64,000 nucleotides of DNA from a bacterium (GCA_029561455.1 JAKQIY010000076.1:81838-145837), one strand, 5' to 3'; positions 38,118 to 48,054 are shown, counted from the first letter of the stretch. Made by a program: numbers and translations. Notes: generated by a model from the letters alone, not told the origin.

Positions 38118-39137
38118 TTATTCAGCTAATTTGATATTCAAATATCGTAAAACATTGTCAATTGTATTGTAAACCGTAACAAAACCGGAACCGCTGCAGC
38201 ACAAGCCCACGGCCCGATTGTCTTCTGTTAACAGCAGCGACCCGGAATCGCCGGGATCGGCCATATCATTGGTTATGATTTGATCTTTAAAATATGCGGT
38301 GCGTCCGCCTGAATAACCGACTTCGATTTCGGCATTTATTATTTTAATCACACCGGTTGTACATCCGGTAGTTCGGCCGCTTTTTTTAACCTTCATGCCA
38401 ATTTCGGGTGCGGCAATGCCATTCACCTTGCCCAGGTCTCTGATTTCATCCGTCAGCACACCATCGTCATCAGGCTGGGCTAGCGCGGCATCGACAAAAT
38501 TGACCGGGCGCTTTTTTACCGGTTCCAGGCGGGTTTGCGAACCCAATACGGCAGCAACCAGGTTGAAAGGCAAGGCAACAATTTGCGCTATTTTACATTT
38601 CTCATCATTTTCCAGCCAGGTTGAAGAATTGGTATACTTTAAATTGACAAAACGCTCCAGCCTGGCCACACGATCGTTAGCAGGTTTGCCGCCATCGGCA
38701 GGGGCCGGCTGCAACACCGGGTCGCCGATCAGCGCGTCGTTGCCGTTGGCAAGAATGTGATTGTTGGACAGGAGCATTGGTTTGCCGCTATGCCCATCAT
38801 AAACCACCACCCCCAATGTACCGGCGTGCACAGCATAGTGGCCGATAGAAATGCCTGAATATAACGGCCTTGTCCGGGTACGGGTATCATACGCATTGAT
38901 CTTACCGACCTGCAATACATCTACAGGTATTTTATCAAATTGAGGTGGAATCTTGTCCCTTTTCTTTAATAAACTGAGCGGTAACTTTTCCCTGACCATA
39001 ACAATTAGCGCCAGTTCTTTGGTTGCAAGGCTCTGAGTTTCTTTGTATCCAAGACCAAGCCCCAGCACATTTGCTGCTTTGAGTATTGTGCTGCTTATGG
39101 CTTTTTGCAGCAGCATGATGTCTTCTTTTCTGGCCAC
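38118..39137 (-). CDS. Cytoplasmic trypsin-like (S1-fold) serine protease, putative
   Basis: No signal peptide; His context (LLSNNHILANG), Ser context GDSGS(LL) analogous to GDSGGP; stop abuts the HK start codon (operon with the two-component system). Confidence 0.5.
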   Translation of the reverse strand: MARKEDIMLLQKAISSTILKAANVLGLGLGYKETQSLATKELALIVMVREKLPLSLLKKRDKIPPQFDKIPVDVLQVGKINAYDTRTRTRPLYSGISIGHYAVHAGTLGVVVYDGHSGKPMLLSNNHILANGNDALIGDPVLQPAPADGGKPANDRVARLERFVNLKYTNSSTWLENDEKCKIAQIVALPFNLVAAVLGSQTRLEPVKKRPVNFVDAALAQPDDDGVLTDEIRDLGKVNGIAAPEIGMKVKKSGRTTGCTTGVIKIINAEIEVGYSGGRTAYFKDQIITNDMADPGDSGSLLLTEDNRAVGLCCSGSGFVTVYNTIDNVLRYLNIKLAE

Positions 39138-39403
39138 TTACTTCCCCTTACCTGTATTAAATATCTTACAGCTTTTCACAACTCTAATTCTCAGAAGAAA
39201 TATTAGTATTTTGTATTTAATGAAAACAAAAAAGAAGTCAAGTAAAGTTAATTAATATTTCCATATAATCAAGAAAAATTGCCTGTATATGTAATATAAT
39301 AAAAACTGACAATTCTTAAAAAGTAAATAGAGAGTTGAGCGCAACGAATTTTAAATCGGAATTGTATATTAAAATTGATTTTGAATGTTGTATTTTGTAA
39401 TAT

Positions 39404-39982
39404 ATGGGAAAAAAAATAAACACCATTATAAACAGAACTGAAACCATGAAAAGTCGCACAAACTATAATACCAGGTTGGTTATACTGATTTCGCTGACGC
39501 TCATTATTGAACTAATCGGCTTGCCTCAGCCGGCTACCGGGCCGTTGGTGAACATGATGTTATATTTAACCACGCTGCTGCTGGACATCAAAGCCGGGGT
39601 TATCCTCGGCTGCATCAGTCCTCTGGTGGCGGCGATGCGCGGCCAGCTGCCCCCCTTTTTAATACCGATGGTGCCCTTTATCATCGCCGGTAATATTTTG
39701 CTGGTGGTGTTGTTGGGGTTAATCGGTCAGGTGGGCAAATCAACCCGACCGGCGCAAGCCAATCCTATGTATTCATTTACAGTATGGCTGGGTGTGCTGG
39801 TGAGCGCGGTAGTTAAATTTGCATGGTTGTATACATCGGCCAAACTGTTATTACCGGTTTTATTCGGCAAGCATTTGCCGCCGCAGCTGGTGGCGATGAT
39901 GGCAATGCCGCAATTGATTACGGCCATTAGCGGCGGTATATTGGCGGTGATCATTGCCGGTATGTTGAAAAAAAGAACCTGA
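39404..39982 (+). CDS. Small polytopic membrane protein, ECF-transporter S-component-like (tentative)
   Basis: 5-6 TM helices; stretch LPQPATGPLVNMMLYLTTLLL resembles the IP..PVPITLQT motif of BioY/QueT-type S components; the true start may be Met15 (39446). Confidence 0.35.
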   Translation: MGKKINTIINRTETMKSRTNYNTRLVILISLTLIIELIGLPQPATGPLVNMMLYLTTLLLDIKAGVILGCISPLVAAMRGQLPPFLIPMVPFIIAGNILLVVLLGLIGQVGKSTRPAQANPMYSFTVWLGVLVSAVVKFAWLYTSAKLLLPVLFGKHLPPQLVAMMAMPQLITAISGGILAVIIAGMLKKRT

Positions 39983-40156
39983 GCATAACCAAAATAGAAG
40001 GACTGCTTGTTATAAATAAAATTATTTAAAATGGATCTCCTCGTTCCTAATTTCTGATCAGGAATGAGAGTGGTCAGGAATCTCCGATTCCCTACAAGCA
40101 GTTATTTTACTTTTAATATGTTCTTTGCATTTCAAATCAGAGAATTTATTCAAGCG

Positions 40157-40182
40157 GGTTCCCAATCGGGAGATTGGGAACC
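40157..40182 (+). promoter_or_regulatory. Perfect 11-bp inverted repeat (GGTTCCCAATC-GGGA-GATTGGGAACC) about 50 bp upstream of the aldolase start
   Basis: Read directly; candidate operator or leader hairpin. Confidence 0.4.
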
Positions 40183-40229
40183 GGAAGCTAAACAATAGCC
40201 GGAACACCATACACGAAAGAGAAAATACC

Positions 40230-41084
40230 ATGCCGCTAACCCCTTATAACATTTTATTGCAGGACGCCCGTAAAGGCAATTACGCCGTCGGTGCATTTAA
40301 TATATTCGGAATGGAATTTTTGCCCGCCATTCTGGACGTTGCCGAGGAGGAAAAAGCGCCGGTGATTTTGCAAATTGCGCCGCTGCATTTTTATTTATCC
40401 GATTTGCCCGAATACATCAAATACGTCAAATCGCAAATTGTTAAAGTAAAAGTTCCGGTGGCGCTGAACCTCGATCACGGCAAAACCCGGGAAATTATTA
40501 TCAAAGGCATTCGCAACGGCTTTCCTGCGGTGATGTTCGACGCCTCGCGGCTGCCGTTTACGCAGAACCTGGCGCAAACCAAAGAGATTGTCGAATTGTG
40601 CAAACCGCTGGGCATGACGGTGGAAGCGGAACTGGGCAGCCTGAATGACGAGGGTGCGGAATTGACGGCGGAAACTAAAGACAAGCTGTTTACCAATCCC
40701 GAACAGGCGGCAAAATTTGTCACGGAAACCGGCATCGACGCCCTGGCGGTCTCCATCGGTAATGCGCACGGTTTTTACAAGGGCGAACCGAAACTGGATT
40801 TTGCGCGCTTGCAGCAAATACGGGACAAGGTCCCTGTGCCGCTGGTGCTGCACGGCGGTTCGGGCATCAAAACGGATGATTTTAAAAAAGCCATTACCCT
40901 GGGCATTAACAAGATCAATATCTATACGGAAATGAGCGCGTCCGCCTCGCTGATGATGAAATCACTATTGAACGCCCACGATACCCCGGCGGACTTTCCC
41001 GCCACCCTGTACCAGGTGCGCCTGGCGGTGAAGGAAGTGGTACGCGAAAAGATGCACGTGTTTGGGAGCTGCGGGAAGGGGTGA
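40230..41084 (+). CDS. Class II fructose/tagatose-bisphosphate aldolase family protein
   Basis: Start at internal ATG 40230 (MPLTPYNILLQDARKGNYAVGAFNIFGMEF...); metal-site His motifs (LDHG, LHGGSG); notably GC-rich versus flanks. Confidence 0.85.
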   Translation: MPLTPYNILLQDARKGNYAVGAFNIFGMEFLPAILDVAEEEKAPVILQIAPLHFYLSDLPEYIKYVKSQIVKVKVPVALNLDHGKTREIIIKGIRNGFPAVMFDASRLPFTQNLAQTKEIVELCKPLGMTVEAELGSLNDEGAELTAETKDKLFTNPEQAAKFVTETGIDALAVSIGNAHGFYKGEPKLDFARLQQIRDKVPVPLVLHGGSGIKTDDFKKAITLGINKINIYTEMSASASLMMKSLLNAHDTPADFPATLYQVRLAVKEVVREKMHVFGSCGKG

Positions 41085-41092
41085 GGTATGGT

Positions 41093-41125
41093 TGCAGGAT
41101 GGGGTTTATGCCTCATCCTGCTATA
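41093..41125. terminator. Hairpin between convergent aldolase and hsdR 3' ends
   Basis: GCAGGATG-(12 nt loop)-CATCCTGC. Confidence 0.45.
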
Positions 41126-41128
41126 TAA

Positions 41129-44128
41129 TTAACCTACATCTGTTCTTACTTTATCAAACAACCAATCCAGTAAATACCTTGCAAAATTGCGATCATCGGT
41201 AAAGCGTTTGTACAAGTTAAAATTTGATTCAACAAACTCCTGCATACGTTCCTTGACCACATTATCAAAGGTAAGCCTGGCATTTTCCGGTGTATTCGCT
41301 TTAAGGCTGGCATGGATAACCGGATTTTCAACAAATTCCTGTTTAAGCTGTTGAAAAATAATTGTGTCTTTATCCGTAAAATTCGTACCGAACCGTTCAT
41401 TTAATTGTTTGATGATTTGCGACAAGGGTTCGATATCCTCATCCAACGGTTTGTGGGATTTTTCTTCATCTTCCGGGTTTAATACGCTCTGTTCCTGTTT
41501 TAATTTAATTGCTACACTTTTACCTTTTTTCACCCGGTAAGTAGCCATATCCACCATGCCCTGGATTTCCCGGGGCAGTTCATCTTTTAAAGGCGGTAGA
41601 TAACGAAGCAGCAACCGGGCGAATACATACATTTTTTCCAGATCGGCATCGACAAAGGTGATGATCTGGGATAAAAACGAATACAGCCGCACATAATCCT
41701 GCAGTTGTCCGCGCAAATCGGTTTGTTCTTCTGTGATTAAAAGTTTAAAGCGGTCGCTAAATGGGGCTAAAAAATGGTAAAGTTTATTCAGCTTGGCATT
41801 AGGCACAAAATATATTTGCGCGAATTTCTGCAAATCCATTTCGGAAATCAAGTGAAAATCCAAAATCCGCCGATACAGATCGTACAAGAGTTGTGGGTCG
41901 GTGGATTCGGAAAGAATTGTTTTTTCATAATAAGGCTGAAAGGCTTTTTGGATGTCATCCGCTTCATTACAAAAATCCAGTATCATGGTTTCGTGTTTAT
42001 CCGGGGGACAGATACGGTTCAGGCGGGATAAGGTTTGTACAGCATTCACCCCGCTAATTCGCTTGTCCACATACATGGTATGCAAAAGTGGTTGGTCAAA
42101 GCCGGTCTGGAATTTTTCCGCCACAATCATAAACCGATATTCCAGGCTTTTAAAAGTTCTGGCTGTCTGCGTTTCCGAAATACTATTCATATTGCCTTCA
42201 GTATATTCTTTTCCATCTAGAGGTATTGAACCTGAAAAAGCTACCAGCGCCTTGTATGGGTATCCCATTTCCTGAAAATATTGATCTATTGTTAATTTGT
42301 ATTGAACAGCATTAGCGCGAGACCTGGTTACGATCATTGCTTTTGCTTTATTTTGAATGCGATACGCTACGTTTTCATGAAAATGCTCGACCATAATTTC
42401 AAGTTTTTGCCGTATAGCATCGGGATGTCCCTCGACAAAGCGTTTTAATAAACTCGAAGCCTTGTTACGGTCAAACTTGGGGTCATCCTTAATTTTTTTC
42501 AGTAATTTCCAATAAGTTTTATAGGTAGTATAATTTTCCAATACGTCCAATATAAACCCCTCTTCTATGGCCTGGCGCATACTGTACAAACTGAAAGGTT
42601 CAAACGAGCCATCCGGTTGTTTAGCGCCAAAAAGTTCCAGGGTTTTAGGCTTGGGCGTGGCGGTAAAGGCAAAAAAGCTGACATTCGGTTGTCGACCCCG
42701 CGCCTTGATCTCGGCAACTATACGATCCTGCACGTCTGCCGCTTCTACCTCATCCTCTTGTTCGTTATCTTCACTGGTTGGGGAGGATAAAACTTTTTTC
42801 AGACTTTTGGTGGCCTCGCCGGTTTGGGAGGAATGGGCTTCATCGATGATTACCGCAAAGCGATGTCCGTCCATTTCTTTCATGTCATCTGCAATAACCG
42901 GGTATTTTTGCAAGGTGGACACAATAATATTTTTACCTTCTTCAAGGGCTTTTTTAAGTTGTTGGGCGGTACTGGTGATATTTTCCACAACTCCGAGCGT
43001 CTGTTCAAATTGCCGCATTGTGCTTTGTAATTGCCGGTCCAACACCCGCCGGTCGGTAATAACGACAATTGTATTAAATACCCGTTGATCCGCCTCGTCA
43101 TGCAGCACTGCAAGCTGGTGCGCCAGCCAGGCAATGGAATTGGATTTACCGCTACCCGCCGAGTGCTGGATCAAGTATCGGTGACCCGGTCCATGTTGCC
43201 GGGCATGATCTACAAGCCGCCGTACGCAGTCCAGTTGATGGTAGCGTGGAAAGATGATGGATTTTTCCCCGGTGAGTCTGCCGTCTTCATCTTCCATTTC
43301 GATTTCCGTTATAAACTGCTGGACAAGATTGAGCACACTATCCCGGGTCCAAATCTCATCCCATAAATATGAGGTGGCAAATCCCTGCATAGCCGGAGGA
43401 TTGCCGGCGCCGCCGAACTTGCCGCGATTAAATGGTAAAAACCGCGTGCGTTTCCCTTCCAGTTTTGTCGTTACATAAACCAGGTCGGGATCGATGGCAA
43501 AATGCGCCAGGCAGCGGCGGAAAGCGAATAATAACTCTTTGGGATCGCGGTCATTTTGGTATTGCTGAATAGCGTGCTTGACGTTCTGACCGGTTAACGG
43601 ATTTTTAAGTTCGGCGGTAATTATAGGTATGCCATTGAGAAACAACACCATATCCAGACAATTTTCGTTTTTGAGGCTGTATTTCAACTGACGAACGATA
43701 CTGAACTGGTTGGCAAGGTACAGCCGTCGGGTATCCTCGTTCAGGCCGGAGGAAGGTTTATAGTATGCCATTTGAAATTTACAGCCGTAACTACGCAAGC
43801 CGGAACGCAGTACTTTGAGCGCGCCGTATTTATCCAGATCCCGGCTCAGTAATTTCGCAAACTGGTTTTTGGCTTGCTCGCGGTGCTGATCGCAAAATTT
43901 CTGCCAGTCCTGCGGCTGGGTGGCGCGGATAAAGTTTATGGCGTCCTCCGCAATGATGCCCAGAGTACGGTCATAGTCTTCCGGTTGGCGTTTGATGTAC
44001 CCCTTGCTGTGCGGTATATTATAAGGAACGTCGGTCTCTTTAAAACGAGTATCGCTGCCGGTTTGTGGAACAGGATTAGTCAGAGACTCTTCAATTGAAT
44101 TTTCAAACGCTTTTTCAGAAATATTCAT
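41129..44128 (-). CDS. hsdR: Type I restriction enzyme R subunit
   Basis: 999 aa; SF2 helicase motifs (SAGSGKSNSIAWLAHQL Walker A; VIIDEAHSS DEAH box); N-terminal nuclease region; typical HsdR length. Confidence 0.95.
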   Translation of the reverse strand: MNISEKAFENSIEESLTNPVPQTGSDTRFKETDVPYNIPHSKGYIKRQPEDYDRTLGIIAEDAINFIRATQPQDWQKFCDQHREQAKNQFAKLLSRDLDKYGALKVLRSGLRSYGCKFQMAYYKPSSGLNEDTRRLYLANQFSIVRQLKYSLKNENCLDMVLFLNGIPIITAELKNPLTGQNVKHAIQQYQNDRDPKELLFAFRRCLAHFAIDPDLVYVTTKLEGKRTRFLPFNRGKFGGAGNPPAMQGFATSYLWDEIWTRDSVLNLVQQFITEIEMEDEDGRLTGEKSIIFPRYHQLDCVRRLVDHARQHGPGHRYLIQHSAGSGKSNSIAWLAHQLAVLHDEADQRVFNTIVVITDRRVLDRQLQSTMRQFEQTLGVVENITSTAQQLKKALEEGKNIIVSTLQKYPVIADDMKEMDGHRFAVIIDEAHSSQTGEATKSLKKVLSSPTSEDNEQEDEVEAADVQDRIVAEIKARGRQPNVSFFAFTATPKPKTLELFGAKQPDGSFEPFSLYSMRQAIEEGFILDVLENYTTYKTYWKLLKKIKDDPKFDRNKASSLLKRFVEGHPDAIRQKLEIMVEHFHENVAYRIQNKAKAMIVTRSRANAVQYKLTIDQYFQEMGYPYKALVAFSGSIPLDGKEYTEGNMNSISETQTARTFKSLEYRFMIVAEKFQTGFDQPLLHTMYVDKRISGVNAVQTLSRLNRICPPDKHETMILDFCNEADDIQKAFQPYYEKTILSESTDPQLLYDLYRRILDFHLISEMDLQKFAQIYFVPNAKLNKLYHFLAPFSDRFKLLITEEQTDLRGQLQDYVRLYSFLSQIITFVDADLEKMYVFARLLLRYLPPLKDELPREIQGMVDMATYRVKKGKSVAIKLKQEQSVLNPEDEEKSHKPLDEDIEPLSQIIKQLNERFGTNFTDKDTIIFQQLKQEFVENPVIHASLKANTPENARLTFDNVVKERMQEFVESNFNLYKRFTDDRNFARYLLDWLFDKVRTDVG

Positions 44129-44213
44129 ACCGTACTACCCCTTTAATCAGTTTATTTGCTCTTTAACCAGCTTCTATTTACAATTTAAGTGATTCCTGGA
44201 TATATTACAATAC

Positions 44214-44666
44214 TCAATTCGGTGTAAACAACTGTACATTAACCTCCGGTAGTTCCTGGAATACTTTTAAGATCATTTCATTAACCTTGTTCCAATTCAA
44301 GCCGCCCAGGCCGCAGCCAAGCGGCGTGATAGCAATGGAGCAAATCCCGTATTCTTTTATCACTGTTACCAGGTCTTGCAGGCCGGTTTGAATATCTTCA
44401 TATCGACTGTCCGATTTCCAGTGTTTTTTGGTCGGGAAATTAATAATATAACGGGGATTGATTAAGGTGTGCCGATCAAACACAAACATTTTACCTAATT
44501 GCAGTTCGTTTTGTATACAAGCATTTTCATAGGCATTAAAATTATCGGGAAATGCTTTTTTGAACTGCAAAGCTAATCCTTTACCCATAGTACCAACAGT
44601 ATTAACTGTATTGACCAATGCTTCCGCATCGGCTTTTAATATATCACCAGTTATAGATACAATCAT
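44214..44666 (-). CDS. Macrodomain protein, TARG1/DarG-type ADP-ribose glycohydrolase-like (150 aa, macrodomain only)
   Basis: GDILKADAEALVNTVNTVGTMGKGLALQFKKAFP...ITPLGCGLGGLNWNKVNEMILKVF parallels the TARG1/DarG macrodomain (catalytic Lys in the MGKG context; GCGLGGL phosphate-binding loop); ATGA overlap with the hsdS stop. Confidence 0.75.
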   Translation of the reverse strand: MIVSITGDILKADAEALVNTVNTVGTMGKGLALQFKKAFPDNFNAYENACIQNELQLGKMFVFDRHTLINPRYIINFPTKKHWKSDSRYEDIQTGLQDLVTVIKEYGICSIAITPLGCGLGGLNWNKVNEMILKVFQELPEVNVQLFTPN

Positions 44667-46015
44667 TCTACCATTTCCCGCACATCTATCTTGCCGGTAA
44701 CCGCCGCAGAGATAAGCGCCGCGCGGTATTCCTGCAATTTTTCAATACTGGCTTGGATTTTTCCGACAAGATTATCAATTTTAGCTGTTTCGTAATCAAG
44801 GTATTCTGCAATAGCGCGTTGTTCAAGATAGGGTGGAATTGGAATTTTAATATTTTTTAACTCAAAAGGGGTAATCGCTGGATAACTAACTCCGTTCGAT
44901 AGAGCAACAACTTTCTGAATAAAATATTCTGATTGAGCAAGTCTAAATAAATATTTCGGAAAAAGGTATATAGGTTGAAAAACAGCAAAACCAGTAGACA
45001 CTATAATTGTATCAGCATTATTAGTGATAAAAGAAATTGCTTTTAAATAAGTTCTAACAGTTGATAAGATAGTATCACCGATTTTAACACATCTTCTTGC
45101 TCTTGAAGGTGCTTCTTTAAAAGTTAGGGTATTACTAATATAATTTCCAATATTATCAACACTACTTATATCGATGTATTGGAATTCAAAATCTTGATAT
45201 GTTAATTCAGGTAATTCTTTATTGTTCACTAAAGCAATATATTTAACCTTTTTCACCTCCCACCCCTCCGGAATTTCTCCCAGCCACTCAATGCCGGAAT
45301 CTTTCATGGGCGCGGCGGGGTTCAGACCTTTGGTTACAGCGCGGGTAATGAGCGCGGCGCGTTTCTCCCGCAGCAGATCGATGAGCCGCTGCTTTTTTTC
45401 GATTAGCGCGTCCAGTCGGGCAGTTTCGTGGTCCAGGAAAGCGGCAATAGCGTTTTGTTCGGGGAGAGGAGGACATATTACATAAAGCTCCCGAAGTTCG
45501 GATTGATTAAATGTATTATTAACACCAGCCTTCACTGATTTAAAAAAACCAGTATATCTAAGATTATTAATAAACTGATGAAAATAATTTGAAGAATACA
45601 AAGTGTAATCAAATCTTATTCGTAATAAAAATGAAACATGTGTATATTTATCATTACTATAAAATACAGCTGTTTTCCCAACATGTTCTGAACTTCCATT
45701 ACGCCAATTAAATAATAAATCCCCATTTTGTAAAATTAATGATTTTTCAATATTTTCTTCAATTATTCCAGAAAAGGCAACCTCTTGTAAGTTCAAGTTC
45801 CCATCAATTAGAACATTAGGTAAACTTATAATAGGGATTCCAGTACTAATAGTTCTATCTAATTCTGTGCCTATTCCGTAGGATATGTTGGCGATTCTTT
45901 TTAATTTTAATGTTATCCAATGAACCGGAATTTTCCCCAGCCAGTCAATTCCGGAGTTCTTGTAAGCCGGACAAGGCCGGTGTTTATATAATGTATGGAG
46001 ATTTATGGCTGCCAT
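44663..46015 (-). CDS. hsdS: Type I R-M specificity subunit
   Basis: Two target-recognition domains separated by a conserved central coiled region; duplicated N-terminus/mid motif (GIDWLGKIPVHW / GIEWLGEIPEGW). Confidence 0.9.
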   Translation of the reverse strand: MAAINLHTLYKHRPCPAYKNSGIDWLGKIPVHWITLKLKRIANISYGIGTELDRTISTGIPIISLPNVLIDGNLNLQEVAFSGIIEENIEKSLILQNGDLLFNWRNGSSEHVGKTAVFYSNDKYTHVSFLLRIRFDYTLYSSNYFHQFINNLRYTGFFKSVKAGVNNTFNQSELRELYVICPPLPEQNAIAAFLDHETARLDALIEKKQRLIDLLREKRAALITRAVTKGLNPAAPMKDSGIEWLGEIPEGWEVKKVKYIALVNNKELPELTYQDFEFQYIDISSVDNIGNYISNTLTFKEAPSRARRCVKIGDTILSTVRTYLKAISFITNNADTIIVSTGFAVFQPIYLFPKYLFRLAQSEYFIQKVVALSNGVSYPAITPFELKNIKIPIPPYLEQRAIAEYLDYETAKIDNLVGKIQASIEKLQEYRAALISAAVTGKIDVREMVE

Positions 46016-48054
46016 TATTGATTCATCTCCCCCAGCATATCCAATATCTCTTTTTCAATCTTTTTAATATCCGCCTCGATCTCTTCCAGTGGGCGCGGCG
46101 GGGTATAGCGGTAAAAATAACGGTTAAAGTTGATCTCGTATCCCACCTTGCCCACCTCGCCATCCTTGTGATCGACAATGGCGGTATTGATCCAGGCGTC
46201 GGCGACAAACGGTTTGACTTCGCGGTCAAAATAATCATACACGGATTCGGACAGCGGTACGCTCTCGGTATCGCGTAGTTCCAGGTCCGCTTCGGGGTTG
46301 CCGTGGCTGTCCAGGCAGACATCGGCCGTTTCATCCCGCTCCGCCAGGGCGTTAAGTATGGCTTTTTTCAAAGGCGCTGCTGGTTTGACCGGTTTCAGAG
46401 CAGTGTCAATCAGTTCGCTGAATTCATCGCGGTTTTTATATAATGTATCCGGCAGGATGCGCAACAGGGCAAGTATCTGTTCCTGTAAATCTCGTCCGGT
46501 CTTTTCCTCCTGCTCTTTAATTTTCTTTTCTTTCTTTTTGCTGACGGCCAGGTTAATAAAGGCATTTTCACTACCCAGCCGTTGCAGGCGTTCTTCCGTC
46601 ACCTGAAAATTAAGGCGCAGCGGTCGTTCCACGGTGATTTTGCGAAAGCCGAAAAAGGTGGTCGGCACAATTTTACAATATTCATTTTCTTTAAAAAGTT
46701 GGTAGAGTTTTAATATTTCGGCAGCTTTTTCCGCAGGGATTTCCCGTCGTTTATCGCCCATGCTTTTGCGCATTTGCGTCCAGAAGGAAGAAGCGTCGAT
46801 CAATTGCACTTTACCAAGGCGTTGTTTTTCTTTGCGGTTACTTAATATCCAGATATAGGTAGAAATACCCGTATTATAAAATAATTGTTCCGGCATAGCA
46901 ATCAGCGCTTCCAGCCGGTCATTTTCCAGAATCCAGCGGCGGATTTCACTTTCACCGCTGCCGGCGTCGCCGGTAAACAATGGCGAGCCATTCATAATAA
47001 TTGCCACCCGGCTTTTATCATGTTCCGGGTTGTGAATATGGGACAACATGTGTTGCAAAAACAATAACTGGCCGTCGCTGATGCGGGGCAGACCGGCGCC
47101 AAATCGCCCTGCATAACCTTTTTCATATTCCTCCTGCACCGCGTCTTCATCCCGTTTCCAGTCCTTGCCGTACGGCGGGTTGGCGATGAGGTAATCAAAG
47201 TGTTTGCCGAGGTGACAATCATGGGCCAGGGTACTGCCGAAACGAATGTTTTCCGCATCACGTCCATCGGCAGATTTGATGTATAAATCGGATTTACAGA
47301 TGGCATACGTTTCAGGATTGACTTCCTGACCAAACAAGTAAATATCCGCCTGTGGATTGAGACCCGGTCGCCCGTCGCCGAGAATGTGGTCTTTGGCTAT
47401 AGTCAACATGCCGCCGGAGCCGCAGCAGGGATCGTAAACGGTAAGGGTCTTGCCGGGAATTGTAATTCGTTCCTCATCCCCGGCCAGTAACAGGTCCACC
47501 ATCAGGTGCACTACATCGCGCGGGGTAAAATGTTCGCCGGGGTTTTCGTTAAGCGATTCGTTAAACTTGCGAATCAATTCTTCGAATATAGTGCCCATCA
47601 TGACGTTGGAAACCTGGTCGGGTTGTAACCTGGCATTTTTAAAACGTTCCAGGACTTTAAATAACAAACCCGCATCATCCAGTTTATGAATGGTATTATC
47701 AAAATCGAATTTTTCCAAAACTTCGCGCATATTGGGAGAAAAGCCGTTGATGTAATTGCGCAGGTTGGCGGCCAGTCCTGAAGAATCATCTAATAATTTG
47801 CTAAAATCATATTGCGAGGTATTGTAAAATGCATATCCCGAAGCCTTGCGTAACAGTTGATCGGGATTATCCAGCTTACCGGCGTATTGGGCATTGGTCG
47901 CCAGGACTTGACGTTTTGTGGCTTCCAGCACACAATCCAGACGCCGCAATACGGTCAGGGGTAAAATAACATCCTGGTATTTACCGCGTTTAAAAGTATC
48001 ACGGATAAGATCCGCTACTCCCCAGATAAAACTGACAATTTCACTGTGATTCAT
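46015..48054 (-). CDS. hsdM: Type I R-M N6-adenine DNA methyltransferase subunit
   Basis: N-terminal HsdM_N domain; SAM motif I (DPCCGSGGML); motif IV NPPYG (ANPPYGKDW); 1-nt overlap with hsdS. Confidence 0.95.
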   Translation of the reverse strand: MNHSEIVSFIWGVADLIRDTFKRGKYQDVILPLTVLRRLDCVLEATKRQVLATNAQYAGKLDNPDQLLRKASGYAFYNTSQYDFSKLLDDSSGLAANLRNYINGFSPNMREVLEKFDFDNTIHKLDDAGLLFKVLERFKNARLQPDQVSNVMMGTIFEELIRKFNESLNENPGEHFTPRDVVHLMVDLLLAGDEERITIPGKTLTVYDPCCGSGGMLTIAKDHILGDGRPGLNPQADIYLFGQEVNPETYAICKSDLYIKSADGRDAENIRFGSTLAHDCHLGKHFDYLIANPPYGKDWKRDEDAVQEEYEKGYAGRFGAGLPRISDGQLLFLQHMLSHIHNPEHDKSRVAIIMNGSPLFTGDAGSGESEIRRWILENDRLEALIAMPEQLFYNTGISTYIWILSNRKEKQRLGKVQLIDASSFWTQMRKSMGDKRREIPAEKAAEILKLYQLFKENEYCKIVPTTFFGFRKITVERPLRLNFQVTEERLQRLGSENAFINLAVSKKKEKKIKEQEEKTGRDLQEQILALLRILPDTLYKNRDEFSELIDTALKPVKPAAPLKKAILNALAERDETADVCLDSHGNPEADLELRDTESVPLSESVYDYFDREVKPFVADAWINTAIVDHKDGEVGKVGYEINFNRYFYRYTPPRPLEEIEADIKKIEKEILDMLGEMNQ

